64,000 nucleotides of DNA, from positions 292 to 64,291 of the forward strand of contig JBAZXC010000005.1 of NCBI GenBank assembly GCA_041660065.1, written 5' to 3'. The notes below the pieces were generated by a model that was given only the letters and a program-made list of their open reading frames with translations, was not told the DNA's origin and did not search any database. The stretch's first letter is position 1. Every line of letters starts with the position of its first letter. Source of the stretch: Parcubacteria group bacterium. Its GTDB lineage: Bacteria; Patescibacteriota; Minisyncoccia; Moranbacterales; GCA-2747515. Of the stretch, positions 9,391 to 19,610 are shown one piece after another. The position numbers were made by a program, and so were the translations under genes.

Positions 9391-10533
9391 ATGAAAGCAA
9401 CATGTACATACGAAAACCTTAAAAGCGCTCTACATGCAACAGAGTTTGCTACGAGCAAGAGTGCCACATTATCCATATTAAATAACATCCTCATTGAAAC
9501 GGATGGTGCACAGTTGTGTTTCTCGGCGACAAATTTGGAAATTGGGATCATCAAAAGAATTCAAGCAAAAATTGATGCTCCGGGAAAAATTGTTGTTTCC
9601 GCCGGTTTGCTGGGGAGTTTTTTGACAGCGTTGCGTGGTACGGATCATATCACCATGAGTGTTGATGGGCAGATCTTGCTGTTGCAGAGCGGTGCGCACA
9701 AAGCGCGTATCAATGGGTATAATGTGGATGAATTTCCCATTATTCCACAAAGCAGTGCACAAAACATGGTAGAATTTTCTCTGATATATCTCAAAGAATG
9801 CATTGCAAAAGTTTTGCATTTTACATCAAAAAGTGAAACACGCATTGAACTGACAGGTGTGTTTATGTCTTTTGGTTCTGATGAGGTATGTAGTGTAGCG
9901 ACTGACAGTTTTCGTTTGGGAGAAGTCAAGATTCCGGTCAGTGAATTGGCAGTAAACATAAAAGAATATCATACTGTTACAGAAAACAATAAAAACATCA
10001 TCCTTCCACAACAGCTTTGTGCATATATCAATAAGCTTTCTGATGATCATGATATTGTACAATGCAACATTGAAGAAAATCATTTATTCTTTGCATGTGG
10101 TGATCTTTCCATTACTGCACGGTTGATTGATGGTTCTTATCCTGATTATAAACAAATTATTCCCAAAGATGCGTTAACACATGTCGTAATTAAAAAGGAT
10201 GCTCTCATGGAGGCGATGAAAATCACAACTGTTTTTACAGGGCGAGAAAGTGGTGAGATCCATTTTGACATTGATGGACAAATACTTAAAATTACGACAC
10301 GACAGCAGGACGTTGGGGAAAATACAACAGAGCTCCCTGTACTTACTGAGGGAGAGCCACAAAATATCGTGCTTAATCCACGATTTGTCATTGATGGTAT
10401 TGGACGCATTGATGAAGAGGATGTGCGTATTTCAATCAACGGTAATACGTCACCGGTGATGTTTCGTGGATATAAAAACGGAGAAGTAAGTGAACGATAT
10501 ACATATATCGTCATGCCTGTAAAAAGTGCGTAA
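9391..10533 (+). CDS. dnaN: DNA polymerase III beta subunit (sliding clamp)
   Basis: 380 aa immediately after dnaA, with three-domain beta-clamp length and organisation. Confidence 0.9.
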   Translation: MKATCTYENLKSALHATEFATSKSATLSILNNILIETDGAQLCFSATNLEIGIIKRIQAKIDAPGKIVVSAGLLGSFLTALRGTDHITMSVDGQILLLQSGAHKARINGYNVDEFPIIPQSSAQNMVEFSLIYLKECIAKVLHFTSKSETRIELTGVFMSFGSDEVCSVATDSFRLGEVKIPVSELAVNIKEYHTVTENNKNIILPQQLCAYINKLSDDHDIVQCNIEENHLFFACGDLSITARLIDGSYPDYKQIIPKDALTHVVIKKDALMEAMKITTVFTGRESGEIHFDIDGQILKITTRQQDVGENTTELPVLTEGEPQNIVLNPRFVIDGIGRIDEEDVRISINGNTSPVMFRGYKNGEVSERYTYIVMPVKSA

Positions 10534-10535
10534 AA

Positions 10536-10838
10536 ATGAAAGGGATCAAATCATACATTCAAAAAAAGAAAAAAAATGCGCAGGCAATCCGCAAAGAAAA
10601 TATTTCCGTCGATGATCAAACGATCATGCATCTTTTTTCACGTGCAGTACGAGAAGAATATGGCAGACAAGGTGAAAAAAATATTGTACCAAAATTATAT
10701 AAAAATGGACTGATTTTTATCAGTATTCATAACGCGATCTGGGCGCAGGAAATATGGTTGCGTCGGGATTTTTTTGTCGAAGCTCTTAACGAAAAAATCG
10801 GACGCAAGGTTGTGAGAGGAATAAAAATCGCCACATAA
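10536..10838 (+). CDS. DUF721/DciA-like protein (possible helicase-loading factor)
   Basis: Basic 100-aa protein translationally coupled to dnaN. Its position and size match the DUF721/DciA genes found next to dnaN in many bacteria. Family assignment from memory only. Confidence 0.4.
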   Translation: MKGIKSYIQKKKKNAQAIRKENISVDDQTIMHLFSRAVREEYGRQGEKNIVPKLYKNGLIFISIHNAIWAQEIWLRRDFFVEALNEKIGRKVVRGIKIAT

Positions 10839-10852
10839 ATGGCGATTTTTTT
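10824..10852. terminator. bidirectional intrinsic terminator
   Basis: Hairpin AAATCGCCA-cataaa-TGGCGATTT with an A tract before and a T tract after. Lies between the convergent DUF721 and PBP1A genes. Confidence 0.5.
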
Positions 10853-10879
10853 GTACAATGCACAACAACAGGCTTGGTG

Positions 10880-13507
10880 TTAATAGGCTACAGAAACAGA
10901 TTTTTTTGCAGAAGCGGTGTTGCCAGCTGTGTCAGTCAAGCGTACCTCAATCGTGATCGATGAATTATTTTGGCTAGAGGGAATCGAATAGGTGTAACTT
11001 TTATCTTTTGTCTCAACTTTTTTTTCACCCTCTACAAAATATTCGATTTTTTCAACGTCGTAATCTGTTTTTGGGCTAACTTTTATGGTAAGTTTGTCAG
11101 AATTTACAGAATCCGGAACAGAGAGGGAAACTTCTGCTTTTAGATCCTCAAAATCTTCTTTTTTGCAGTCTTCCGGCACATCGTCAAAAACAGCATTTTT
11201 GTCCTTCTCTGTGTAATATTTTTTTACACCCTTTTCCCAATTTTTGTATTGAGGATCGGATTTTGGATCCTTTGGCTCATCGCCACGAGGATCGTCTTTG
11301 ATCACATAATGGAGAATATTGTGGATATTGGCAAATAAAATCTTATCTTTTTTGCTGTTGGGACAGTATTTGTTGGCAAGACAAAATGCATCATCTTTGC
11401 CGGGAATCTCACATACCTCAACTTTTTTTGTTTCAGGAAGCTCCCCGTCAAGAATGTCTTTTCCAGTCTTATTTTCGTCTTTATCATATTTTGGAAATTC
11501 TTTGCCGGATGGCTCGGAATATGCTTGTAAGATGAAATCACGAAAGATCGGCCCGGAGGCGCTGACGCCTGCGCCATAACTACTCATTGGCGAATTATCA
11601 TTATTGCCACTCCATATGCCTACGGCGACATCTGGTGTGTATCCCATAACCCATGCATCGCGGTTTTGATTTGTTGTACCAGTCTTTGCTGCAACGGGAC
11701 GATCATCAAAGCGCAAAACGTTATTTTCACCAAATGTTGGTGCGCGATATTTATTCGTTGAGATAATGTGGGAGAGCATTGCAACATATTTTTCGTCAAT
11801 TACGCGCTCTCCCTCGGTGGTTTGTGCTGTATAGATATTTGCACCGCCTTTGTCAGTAATGCTTAATACGGCGCGCTTTTCTTGCTTTATGCCGTTATTG
11901 GCAAAAACGGCATATGCGGCTGTGTGATCAAGGAGTTTGACTTCACCGCCTCCAAGTACAAGGGAGAGGCCATAGCGCTTTGGATCCTGTAAGCTTGTGA
12001 TGCCAAGTTGTTTTGCAAAAACAATTACTTCTTCAGGGTTTGCGAGATAGAGTGTCTTTACTGCGGGAATATTGAGCGACATGCCAAGGGCATCTTTCAT
12101 TTTGACGGGGCCACGAAATGTACCATCATAATTTTGTGGAATGTAATCCTCTGCCCCATCAACAGCAAAGTTTGTTTCGACGTCAAAGAGTATGGTTTCC
12201 GGTGTGTACCCTTTTTTAAAAGCGTAAAGGTACGCATAAGGCTTGAATGATGAGCCCGGTTGTCTATCGCGGATGGCAACATTGACTTGACCGTCGATCT
12301 TTTCATCAAAATAGTCGCGAGAGCCGACCATGGTGAGAATATCGCCGTTTTGCGGGTCAATGGCAACCAGAGCGGCATTTTCAGCTTTATATTTTTGTTC
12401 ATTTTCCAGAGCTTTGTCATGGACAATTTTTTCTGCAATTTGTTGTTTGTTCCAATCAAGTGTTGTGATCACCTTCAAGCCTTCTTTCTCGAGGAAGTCG
12501 GTGCCATACTGTTCTTCGAGGTAATCACGGACATACATGACAAAATGAGGTGCCTTGATATTTTCTGTATTTTTGGCAAGTTTTGCAAAAACGTCAGTTT
12601 CCTTTGCAGCTTTTGCCGCATCAGGACTGACGTAGCCCAGTTCCACCATTTGATCAAGGGCATATTCCTGCCGCACCTTTAGGCGATCTGTATAGGATCC
12701 ATAAGGCGAGTAACGGGATGGCGCTTGTGGAAGCGAGGCAAGGATCGTTGCTTCATCCAACGTGAGATCTTTTGCATGCTTGTTGAAAAATGTTTGCGAG
12801 GCGGCTTCAATGCCATAGGCGTTTGAACCATAAGGAATTTCATTGAGATACATGCCGAGAATTTCATCTTTGGAAAAACGTAATTCAATCTCAACGGCGA
12901 GAATGAGCTCTTTGATCTTACGTGTCATGCTACGCTCATCCGTAAGGATGGAATTTTTGACGAATTGTTGTGTGATCGTTGAACCGCCACGTCCCGCGCC
13001 AATGTGAAAAATATTGGAAATGACAGCATTGAGCACACCTTTGACGTCAAATCCCGGATGATGATAAAAATTACGATCTTCAAGTGCGATCGTCGCTTGT
13101 TTGACAACGAGAGGGATTTCTTCTTGAGGAATCAATGTGCGTTTTTCTTCGCCGTGAATGTCATAAAGAAGTATGGTGCCCGTACGATCATAGATTTTTG
13201 TGCTTTCATTGATCGTTCTGGCATTGATCTTGCCCGGCTCCGGGAGATCTTTGGCAAAATAGGCAAAAACACCCATTACAAACAAAAGGCCAATTGCACA
13301 AAGAATGCCAAAAAATTTCAAAAAAACAATCATTTTTTTACGAAAATCACGGTGTGGTTTTTTTTGCAGAGAAGATGGTCGGCGGGAAGTAAAAACGTTG
13401 CCAATCTTGTTCCATAGGCGTGTAAGTATATTTTTTTTGCGTGAACGGGAAAGGTCTCTGCGATACGGTTGTGTGCGCATTGTGTAGCGCGAAAACGTGT
13501 TTTTCAT
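10880..13507 (-). CDS. penicillin-binding protein 1A (bifunctional glycosyltransferase/transpeptidase) with C-terminal Ig-like extension
   Basis: 875 aa with GT51 motifs ('EDRNFYHH', 'GGSTITQQ') and a transpeptidase domain (SxxK, KTGT 'AAKTGTT'). The N-terminal cytoplasmic tail is basic. Confidence 0.85.
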   Translation of the reverse strand: MKNTFSRYTMRTQPYRRDLSRSRKKNILTRLWNKIGNVFTSRRPSSLQKKPHRDFRKKMIVFLKFFGILCAIGLLFVMGVFAYFAKDLPEPGKINARTINESTKIYDRTGTILLYDIHGEEKRTLIPQEEIPLVVKQATIALEDRNFYHHPGFDVKGVLNAVISNIFHIGAGRGGSTITQQFVKNSILTDERSMTRKIKELILAVEIELRFSKDEILGMYLNEIPYGSNAYGIEAASQTFFNKHAKDLTLDEATILASLPQAPSRYSPYGSYTDRLKVRQEYALDQMVELGYVSPDAAKAAKETDVFAKLAKNTENIKAPHFVMYVRDYLEEQYGTDFLEKEGLKVITTLDWNKQQIAEKIVHDKALENEQKYKAENAALVAIDPQNGDILTMVGSRDYFDEKIDGQVNVAIRDRQPGSSFKPYAYLYAFKKGYTPETILFDVETNFAVDGAEDYIPQNYDGTFRGPVKMKDALGMSLNIPAVKTLYLANPEEVIVFAKQLGITSLQDPKRYGLSLVLGGGEVKLLDHTAAYAVFANNGIKQEKRAVLSITDKGGANIYTAQTTEGERVIDEKYVAMLSHIISTNKYRAPTFGENNVLRFDDRPVAAKTGTTNQNRDAWVMGYTPDVAVGIWSGNNDNSPMSSYGAGVSASGPIFRDFILQAYSEPSGKEFPKYDKDENKTGKDILDGELPETKKVEVCEIPGKDDAFCLANKYCPNSKKDKILFANIHNILHYVIKDDPRGDEPKDPKSDPQYKNWEKGVKKYYTEKDKNAVFDDVPEDCKKEDFEDLKAEVSLSVPDSVNSDKLTIKVSPKTDYDVEKIEYFVEGEKKVETKDKSYTYSIPSSQNNSSITIEVRLTDTAGNTASAKKSVSVAY

Positions 13508-13601
13508 ATGTTTATATCATACACTCTTTGCGATGTTTTGAAAATTAAGAGTGGATACAGTATAAAGAATAAACACTTTTTTGTAAAGCGTTTATTTCTT
13601 C

Positions 13602-14906
13602 CTATTTTTCCAAAAAATCCAGATCTTTCTCGGTGATGTTTAATTGGTCAAGGATCCATATGTGTCGCTGATTTGTCGGATCGTATTTACCAACCAAAAA
13701 ACGCGCTTGCTCTGGATCATCATTTTTAATCAGTGTATGGATGCCGATATTTCCTTCTCTGTAGGCAATATCCTTTGTAAAACAGGTGCCTGGAGTAGAG
13801 CATGTTGTGCCACGAAATGTTCGTACGCACAGATTCCATGCGAGAGATTCGGATTTTTTGGCATCCTTTCCATTGGCTATATAATAATTTTTCAAAATAT
13901 CAAAAACTGCTCTAAAATCTCGTTTTTTCCCGTCCAATCCTTTTGCAAGAGCGGCGGTAAAATGTCCGCCAAATCCCGCATAATCCTCTTCTCCCATAAT
14001 TTGTCCTTCTTGATACGTTGCAATACCCTCCTCGCCTTTTGTGTAACGATCAAGACCAAGTCCCAACAAATGGATTTTGGTTCGATCACCAGCAGCACGT
14101 CTTTGGGCATGTATAAAGATCTCATGCGCGATCAAGCCTTGTAATTTTAGTCCGGAAACAGTGCGCTTTTGGGGTATTTTGATTTTTTTATCATCCTGAG
14201 AGACAGAAATTGCTTTTACATGATCATCAATTGCAACGTGCCATCCACTGATATTTTGTGACAATAAGGCATTTTCAAATGCTTCCTGGATGTTCTCGGC
14301 AGTATATTGCTCCTGAGAGGAAATAAAGCGAATGGGCTCAACCTTTTCATGTGGTGGAATTGTTGTTTCTGTTTCTGTATCACATAGATCCAGGATTTTT
14401 TGTGCAGAATCTTTCTGTTCATCCGTGCTTTTTTCAGAAGAGATTGTATCGCACATTTTTTTTGCGGTTTGCCACAGCGTATAATTGTGAATGTTTTGTT
14501 CTGGAACGCCGTAGACAAAAGATGAGTAATGATCAAATTTTTTATCATCACCGTCTAAGGTTGCGCGCATCATGCGTACTTCCGCGATTTTTTCATTGAT
14601 CTTCCATCGATACATTTGCCGTACAACGTCATTTTTTTCCTCATGCAGAATATCCCTTTTGAGTTCCACGAGTTCTTTTTCGCGATAGTCAAGCTCATTG
14701 GGATTGATCTTTGGATAGTCGAGATGCGGATTTTCAATTTCTCCACGAAGGAAAAGGTTTTTTTGATCCTCTCTCTTTTGTGGATCGTCATCAAAATATG
14801 TGTACGGCTGAAAACCGCCAACAAATTCAAGGCGGTCATACCATTTTTCGTCCACATATATTCCTCCTTGTTTTTCCGGGTAAAAAGTGCTTTCGGGTGA
14901 TGACAT
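13602..14906 (-). CDS. DUF1704/MATCAP-like putative metallopeptidase (HExxxH)
   Basis: 434 aa with 'AHEIFIH' (HExxxH) and downstream 'YQEGQ' resembling the QEGLA motif of the DUF1704 family. Last gene of the ATP-grasp operon. Confidence 0.45.
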   Translation of the reverse strand: MSSPESTFYPEKQGGIYVDEKWYDRLEFVGGFQPYTYFDDDPQKREDQKNLFLRGEIENPHLDYPKINPNELDYREKELVELKRDILHEEKNDVVRQMYRWKINEKIAEVRMMRATLDGDDKKFDHYSSFVYGVPEQNIHNYTLWQTAKKMCDTISSEKSTDEQKDSAQKILDLCDTETETTIPPHEKVEPIRFISSQEQYTAENIQEAFENALLSQNISGWHVAIDDHVKAISVSQDDKKIKIPQKRTVSGLKLQGLIAHEIFIHAQRRAAGDRTKIHLLGLGLDRYTKGEEGIATYQEGQIMGEEDYAGFGGHFTAALAKGLDGKKRDFRAVFDILKNYYIANGKDAKKSESLAWNLCVRTFRGTTCSTPGTCFTKDIAYREGNIGIHTLIKNDDPEQARFLVGKYDPTNQRHIWILDQLNITEKDLDFLEK

Positions 14907-14908
14907 AG

Positions 14909-16135
14909 CTATATGGTGATCACATGCATATGATCACGAATAAATGTAAAATCTTGTAAAAATTGATCTTTGTGTGCATTTTTTATTATTATAACACATG
15001 CCGTGCGATATCCGTTTTTTGCCAAACCGACTTTTTGAGAAGGAATGGCTTTTATGGAGTGATAGTGATAACTTGAAAGTTTTTTTAATACCTGTAGATG
15101 CGTGATTTTCTTGAAACCCCCATCATTTTTTGGGAAAAGTTCTATAACAGCAGTATAAATACACTTTTTATTTTTTTGAAAAATCTTTTTACCTTGCGCA
15201 TTTGCAATGAGTGCAGCATTGAGATCCAATCCTTGAGACATGTGATATAGTCGTGTGCGATAGCCGCCGACGCGTGGACCGATTTCCACTACCATAGGAC
15301 CCTTTTTTGTATAAATTAATTCAACATGACCGGGTGTATTTGTAAATGCTAACGCACGCGTTGCTTTTTTTGCAACATGATTTAACTTTGCTATTTTTTT
15401 GATCGAAAGGATTGATGGGGAGATCCGTGCAAAAATATGATGATCTTCAATGTCGCGATCCTTTGCGACAAATAGATCAACAGGATCGCCAAAAACGGTC
15501 ACATGCCCGTTTTTTTGCGCAAATGTTTGAACGGAATGCATGGATCCGCGCAAAAACTCTTCCATGAGGATGCGCGGTTTTTGTGTGCGATGCTCTTTGT
15601 TATAAATTGATGTAATGGTCTTTTTTATGAAATTGTAACTTGCAACCAGGTGATCATTTGACAGCACTTTTGTGACGAGAAGACTTTTTTGCAGATTTGC
15701 CGGTTTGATCATGAGAGGAAATCCAATTTTTTTTGCAAAACGTTTTACATCATTGATGTTATTGATGATTTTATATTTTGGGGTCATTGTTGGATCATAT
15801 GCGGTGAGTGCTTTGCGCATAAGGATCTTATCAATTGCCATTTTTGCGCTCGTGATTGTAATTGTGGGAATACCCAAGAAGTTACCGAGCCAGGATCGTG
15901 CAATCACATATCTTTCATAAAATGTTATGATTGCCACCGGTTGTGCGGAAAAATTTATAGTGCGCAGGGTATGAAGAAACTGATTTTTTGATCGTATGTC
16001 AACAAGAAAAATATTTTGGTACAGTGACATTTTCTCACGCTCCTTTTCGGTCGTGACGCAAATAATATAAGGGATTGATCTTGTAGAAAGATATTCCATA
16101 AAATCGTGAGAAGCAATTCCCAAAATAATGATCAT
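14909..16135 (-). CDS. ATP-grasp domain ligase
   Basis: 408 aa with 'PLMIKPANLQ', 'MEEFLRGSMHSVQ' and 'VELIYTKKGPMVVEIGPRVGG', typical of carboxylate-amine ATP-grasp ligases. Confidence 0.65.
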   Translation of the reverse strand: MIIILGIASHDFMEYLSTRSIPYIICVTTEKEREKMSLYQNIFLVDIRSKNQFLHTLRTINFSAQPVAIITFYERYVIARSWLGNFLGIPTITITSAKMAIDKILMRKALTAYDPTMTPKYKIINNINDVKRFAKKIGFPLMIKPANLQKSLLVTKVLSNDHLVASYNFIKKTITSIYNKEHRTQKPRILMEEFLRGSMHSVQTFAQKNGHVTVFGDPVDLFVAKDRDIEDHHIFARISPSILSIKKIAKLNHVAKKATRALAFTNTPGHVELIYTKKGPMVVEIGPRVGGYRTRLYHMSQGLDLNAALIANAQGKKIFQKNKKCIYTAVIELFPKNDGGFKKITHLQVLKKLSSYHYHSIKAIPSQKVGLAKNGYRTACVIIIKNAHKDQFLQDFTFIRDHMHVITI

Positions 16136-16173
16136 ATATAAAAAAATAATTAATTAAAAACCTCTCTGATTTT

Positions 16174-17223
16174 TCAGATTGACGGTTTCTTAAGGATTCT
16201 ATTGTAAAGGGCAATATATTGTGTGGCCATAAGAGAACGATCAAAATATTTCTCGGCAAATTTGCGACAGGCATCTCTTTCAAAGCGATCAATATTTTTT
16301 GTGGCCGCGAGCAAATCAGCAGGATCATTTGAAAAACAACCGATTTTTTCCATCTCAAAATACATTTTTTTCGGTAAGGCATTGATGAATGAACCGATGA
16401 CTGGTGTGCCACACGCCAATGCTTCCATTGCAACCAGAGGAAAAACAGAAAGTGGTGTGCGAATAGGGCACAAAAGCGCCTCAGCATTTTTTACATATGC
16501 AAACACATCTTTGCGAGAAGCTTCTCCTTTATAAATGATATTTTTATCAAGATGCGGTTTGATATTTTTATCAAAATAGTTTTGTCGCTCCAAAGAGTTA
16601 CCGATTCTTCCAAAAATGAGCAGTTTTTTGTCACTTTTTTTTGCGAGGTGAATGGCTGTATCAAATCCCTTGTGTTTATTTATGCGACCAAGCGTCATCA
16701 GATATGAGCCATTTTTTGAGGAATATTTAACGGTATTGATCGGAATGCCATTGGAAATAATGTCCGCATACCCAGTCAGTGTATTCATTCTGCCTTTGGA
16801 AAGCGCTACAGGATACGCGCCACTGCGCTTTAGTTGGTAACTGTCCCTTTTTTGTATTGGATTGTGTAATGTTATGACACAAGGTGTGTGTGATAATTTT
16901 GCAACTGATGCTGCGTATCTCTGATTGTGGAGGTGAATAATATCGAAGTCATTTTGATATTGTAAAACCATGCATTGGCTGATGATGATCAAATTCCTTC
17001 TCTCCTTATCCGTTTGTTGTGAAAAGTCCTTCATGTTCCACAAGCTTTTCGGTAATGTGTGAATGTGTTTTGCTTTTGTTTTCCAATCTCCGGGTGCAAA
17101 AAGAGTTACATCGACTCCTTTTTCCAAAAGAGCATCTGTTAAATTTTTTACGACGACTTCCGGTCCGCCAGTGGCACCAAAGGGAGGTGCAACCATTGCA
17201 ATTTTTAGCACAGATTTTTTCAT
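16174..17223 (-). CDS. GT4-family (GT-B fold) glycosyltransferase
   Basis: 349 aa with a C-terminal 'EALACGTPVIGS' (E-x7-E type motif) and GT-B organisation. Confidence 0.7.
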   Translation of the reverse strand: MKKSVLKIAMVAPPFGATGGPEVVVKNLTDALLEKGVDVTLFAPGDWKTKAKHIHTLPKSLWNMKDFSQQTDKERRNLIIISQCMVLQYQNDFDIIHLHNQRYAASVAKLSHTPCVITLHNPIQKRDSYQLKRSGAYPVALSKGRMNTLTGYADIISNGIPINTVKYSSKNGSYLMTLGRINKHKGFDTAIHLAKKSDKKLLIFGRIGNSLERQNYFDKNIKPHLDKNIIYKGEASRKDVFAYVKNAEALLCPIRTPLSVFPLVAMEALACGTPVIGSFINALPKKMYFEMEKIGCFSNDPADLLAATKNIDRFERDACRKFAEKYFDRSLMATQYIALYNRILKKPSI

Positions 17224-18183
17224 TTAAACAATCGTTTTAATAAATTCTTGAAAGTGTTTTTCTTTTGTCTTTTCATCTCCAACGAGATGTAGCAGATCAA
17301 ATCCCGGCGTAGTATTCATTTCGACAAGAAGCGGTTTTCCTGTATTTGTAAAGATAAAATCTAAAGAATAATTGGCTTCAGGATAAAGGGACAATTTTTT
17401 GACGATCTTTTTGACGATCTTTTGAATAGACGGCGGAATATTTTTGCGTGGAACAAAAACGGCTGAGGCGCCCTGATGAAAGTTGGTAAAAAGGGAACCT
17501 CTTTTGGCGATCCTGGAGAGGGCATAGACTAATTTGTGATTGATAAATATTAACCTCAGATCTGCCACCTCATCTTTTTTTGAAAAGTGGGGAATGCCTT
17601 TCTCACTCTTGATGAATTCTTGGATTAATGCTGGAAAAACAATTTTATTTTTTGGAATTTTATTTTTTTCATCAATGATTATACCAAAACCACCAGAGCC
17701 ATATAATGGTTTTATAACGACTTTTGAGGAGGAAATTTTTGCAAGTGCTTCCGTCATTTCTTTTTTATTTGTCGCCAAGAATGATCGTGGCATAAATTCG
17801 CCAAAGATCAAGTATTGGGAAAGCTTGTTGTCCAATAATGTTCTAAAAAGAGGGTGATTGAAAATCTTTGTTTTTTGAGAAAGAAGCATTTTAAAATCAA
17901 AGAGCGCATAATCATATTTTCCGGAAATTTTGTCAAAGACAAGATCCGGTGTGATTGGTGTTTTTATTTTGATCCATTTTTTATTGCGAAATGCCCATGA
18001 TTTTTTAAAGGCGTTGGTTTTTCCATCATACCAATCAATACTTGCTCGGTACATTTCTACGCCATTTAACAAGCCCCTCTCATGCCAATCTTCAAAAGAT
18101 TCTCTTGTGGTATCGCTTGCAATTGGTATTTTTTTATGCCAATCATTACTGGTGTAAATGACCATCATTTTTTTGTTTGCCAT
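17224..18183 (-). CDS. ATP-grasp ligase (RimK/TTL/YheCD-like)
   Basis: 319 aa with 'VVIKPLYGSGGFGI' and 'LVEMNTTPGF', characteristic of RimK/tubulin-tyrosine-ligase-like ATP-grasp enzymes. Confidence 0.6.
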   Translation of the reverse strand: MANKKMMVIYTSNDWHKKIPIASDTTRESFEDWHERGLLNGVEMYRASIDWYDGKTNAFKKSWAFRNKKWIKIKTPITPDLVFDKISGKYDYALFDFKMLLSQKTKIFNHPLFRTLLDNKLSQYLIFGEFMPRSFLATNKKEMTEALAKISSSKVVIKPLYGSGGFGIIIDEKNKIPKNKIVFPALIQEFIKSEKGIPHFSKKDEVADLRLIFINHKLVYALSRIAKRGSLFTNFHQGASAVFVPRKNIPPSIQKIVKKIVKKLSLYPEANYSLDFIFTNTGKPLLVEMNTTPGFDLLHLVGDEKTKEKHFQEFIKTIV

Positions 18184-18189
18184 AATGTT

Positions 18190-19599
18190 TTATTTGCTTA
18201 CATCAATTAAAAATTTTCCGAGATTTCGTTTTCCGATGATCATATCATATGTGAGATTTTCACGATCGATGATGTTCATACTAACAGTCATGCGTCTTTT
18301 GTCCAAAGTAATTTCTGCTTTTACTACAGGTCGGATCGATGCACCACTGGAAGAAAAAACAACCGCAATATCTGTGATGTGAGGAATATTCTTTTTATAT
18401 TTTCGCATGAAATCGTCTTTGATGACCTGCTCATTTTGAGGAACAAGGTCGTATCCTGCAAGATCAATTTTCGAAAAAGCATCAATAGTTGAACCAAAGC
18501 CAAGTTTGCGCGCAAGTTCTGTATCTATGGATGTAGAATAGGCTCCGGTATCAATTTTTGCTTTCGTTGTGATTTTTGCATCATTTGTGCCGATAATTTC
18601 CACATTTTCTACTGAGCCGATCACGCTTTTTCCGGAAACGCTCTCAAGCTCTTCCTCGATTTCACCGCCAAAGAGATTTTTGCCCACAGCAATACCGCGA
18701 GCGATAGAATTGATCTTGAGGCCTTCTACGCGCTCAAGGCGACGCTTGAGTCCTGCGAGGTTTGCAACTTGAATGGAGAGTCCCGGGCGTGCGTTGAGTT
18801 CCAGGATCACGGGACCATTATCGCGATCAATTGCAATGTCAGCACCGAGATAACCGAGTCCGGACGCAATTTGTGATTTGATCGCTAAATGGAGAATTTC
18901 ATCCCAATGGGGGATTTTGATGCCGGAAAGTAGGAGGCGTGTATTTGGCACATACTCCACAATGCGAGATTTACCTTGTACTGCTGTTGTTGTTACACCG
19001 CGTGCCATATCGATCCCAACGCCAATGCCACCTTGCTGGAGATTTGCTTTGCCGTCGGATTCTTCGGTTGGAAGGCGCAGCATCGCCATAACAGGCACTT
19101 TATTGTAAACAATGACGCGGATATCAGGGATGCCCTTATATGCATATGGACGGAATTCTTTTGATAGTTTGAGACGTTCTTCAAAAAAAGCAATATCCGG
19201 CGTACCGGAAAGAGAAAACTCACCATCCAAGATATGTCCAATATGCATTTTGAGATCGGCAATTGAGACGGGTCTGCCATTTGACCGTACCCATGTATCC
19301 AATGATCCTTTTTTTCTGCCATAGATCACAATGATACCTTCACCGCCCAGGCCACGATTTGGTTTGAGTACAAAACTTGATGGTAAGATGCTCCAATCAA
19401 AATTTTCCAGTGTACGGCGTGACGAAATCTGCGCGATCAATCGTGGCACGGGAACCCCGGCTTTTCGGAGTAATTTTTTTGATGTGATTTTTTCATCAGC
19501 AAGTCGTTTGGCTTTTTTGCGATTATTTGGACGAATGTATGTAAGGTTGCGCGCATTCATCCCAAGGATCTTCTTGCTTGCGGAAAACAAAGTAAACAT
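18190..19599 (-). CDS. RimK-like ATP-grasp ligase fused to C-terminal retropepsin-like (PF05618-type) domain
   Basis: N-terminal 'ILGMNARNLTYI' as in alpha-L-glutamate-ligase-related proteins. ATP-grasp core 'VILELNARPGL'. The C-terminal roughly 140 aa carry 'AKIDTGAYSTSID' (a D-T-G-A aspartic protease signature). Confidence 0.6.
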   Translation of the reverse strand: MFTLFSASKKILGMNARNLTYIRPNNRKKAKRLADEKITSKKLLRKAGVPVPRLIAQISSRRTLENFDWSILPSSFVLKPNRGLGGEGIIVIYGRKKGSLDTWVRSNGRPVSIADLKMHIGHILDGEFSLSGTPDIAFFEERLKLSKEFRPYAYKGIPDIRVIVYNKVPVMAMLRLPTEESDGKANLQQGGIGVGIDMARGVTTTAVQGKSRIVEYVPNTRLLLSGIKIPHWDEILHLAIKSQIASGLGYLGADIAIDRDNGPVILELNARPGLSIQVANLAGLKRRLERVEGLKINSIARGIAVGKNLFGGEIEEELESVSGKSVIGSVENVEIIGTNDAKITTKAKIDTGAYSTSIDTELARKLGFGSTIDAFSKIDLAGYDLVPQNEQVIKDDFMRKYKKNIPHITDIAVVFSSSGASIRPVVKAEITLDKRRMTVSMNIIDRENLTYDMIIGKRNLGKFLIDVSK

Positions 19600-19610
19600 G
19601 AGCAGAGATA

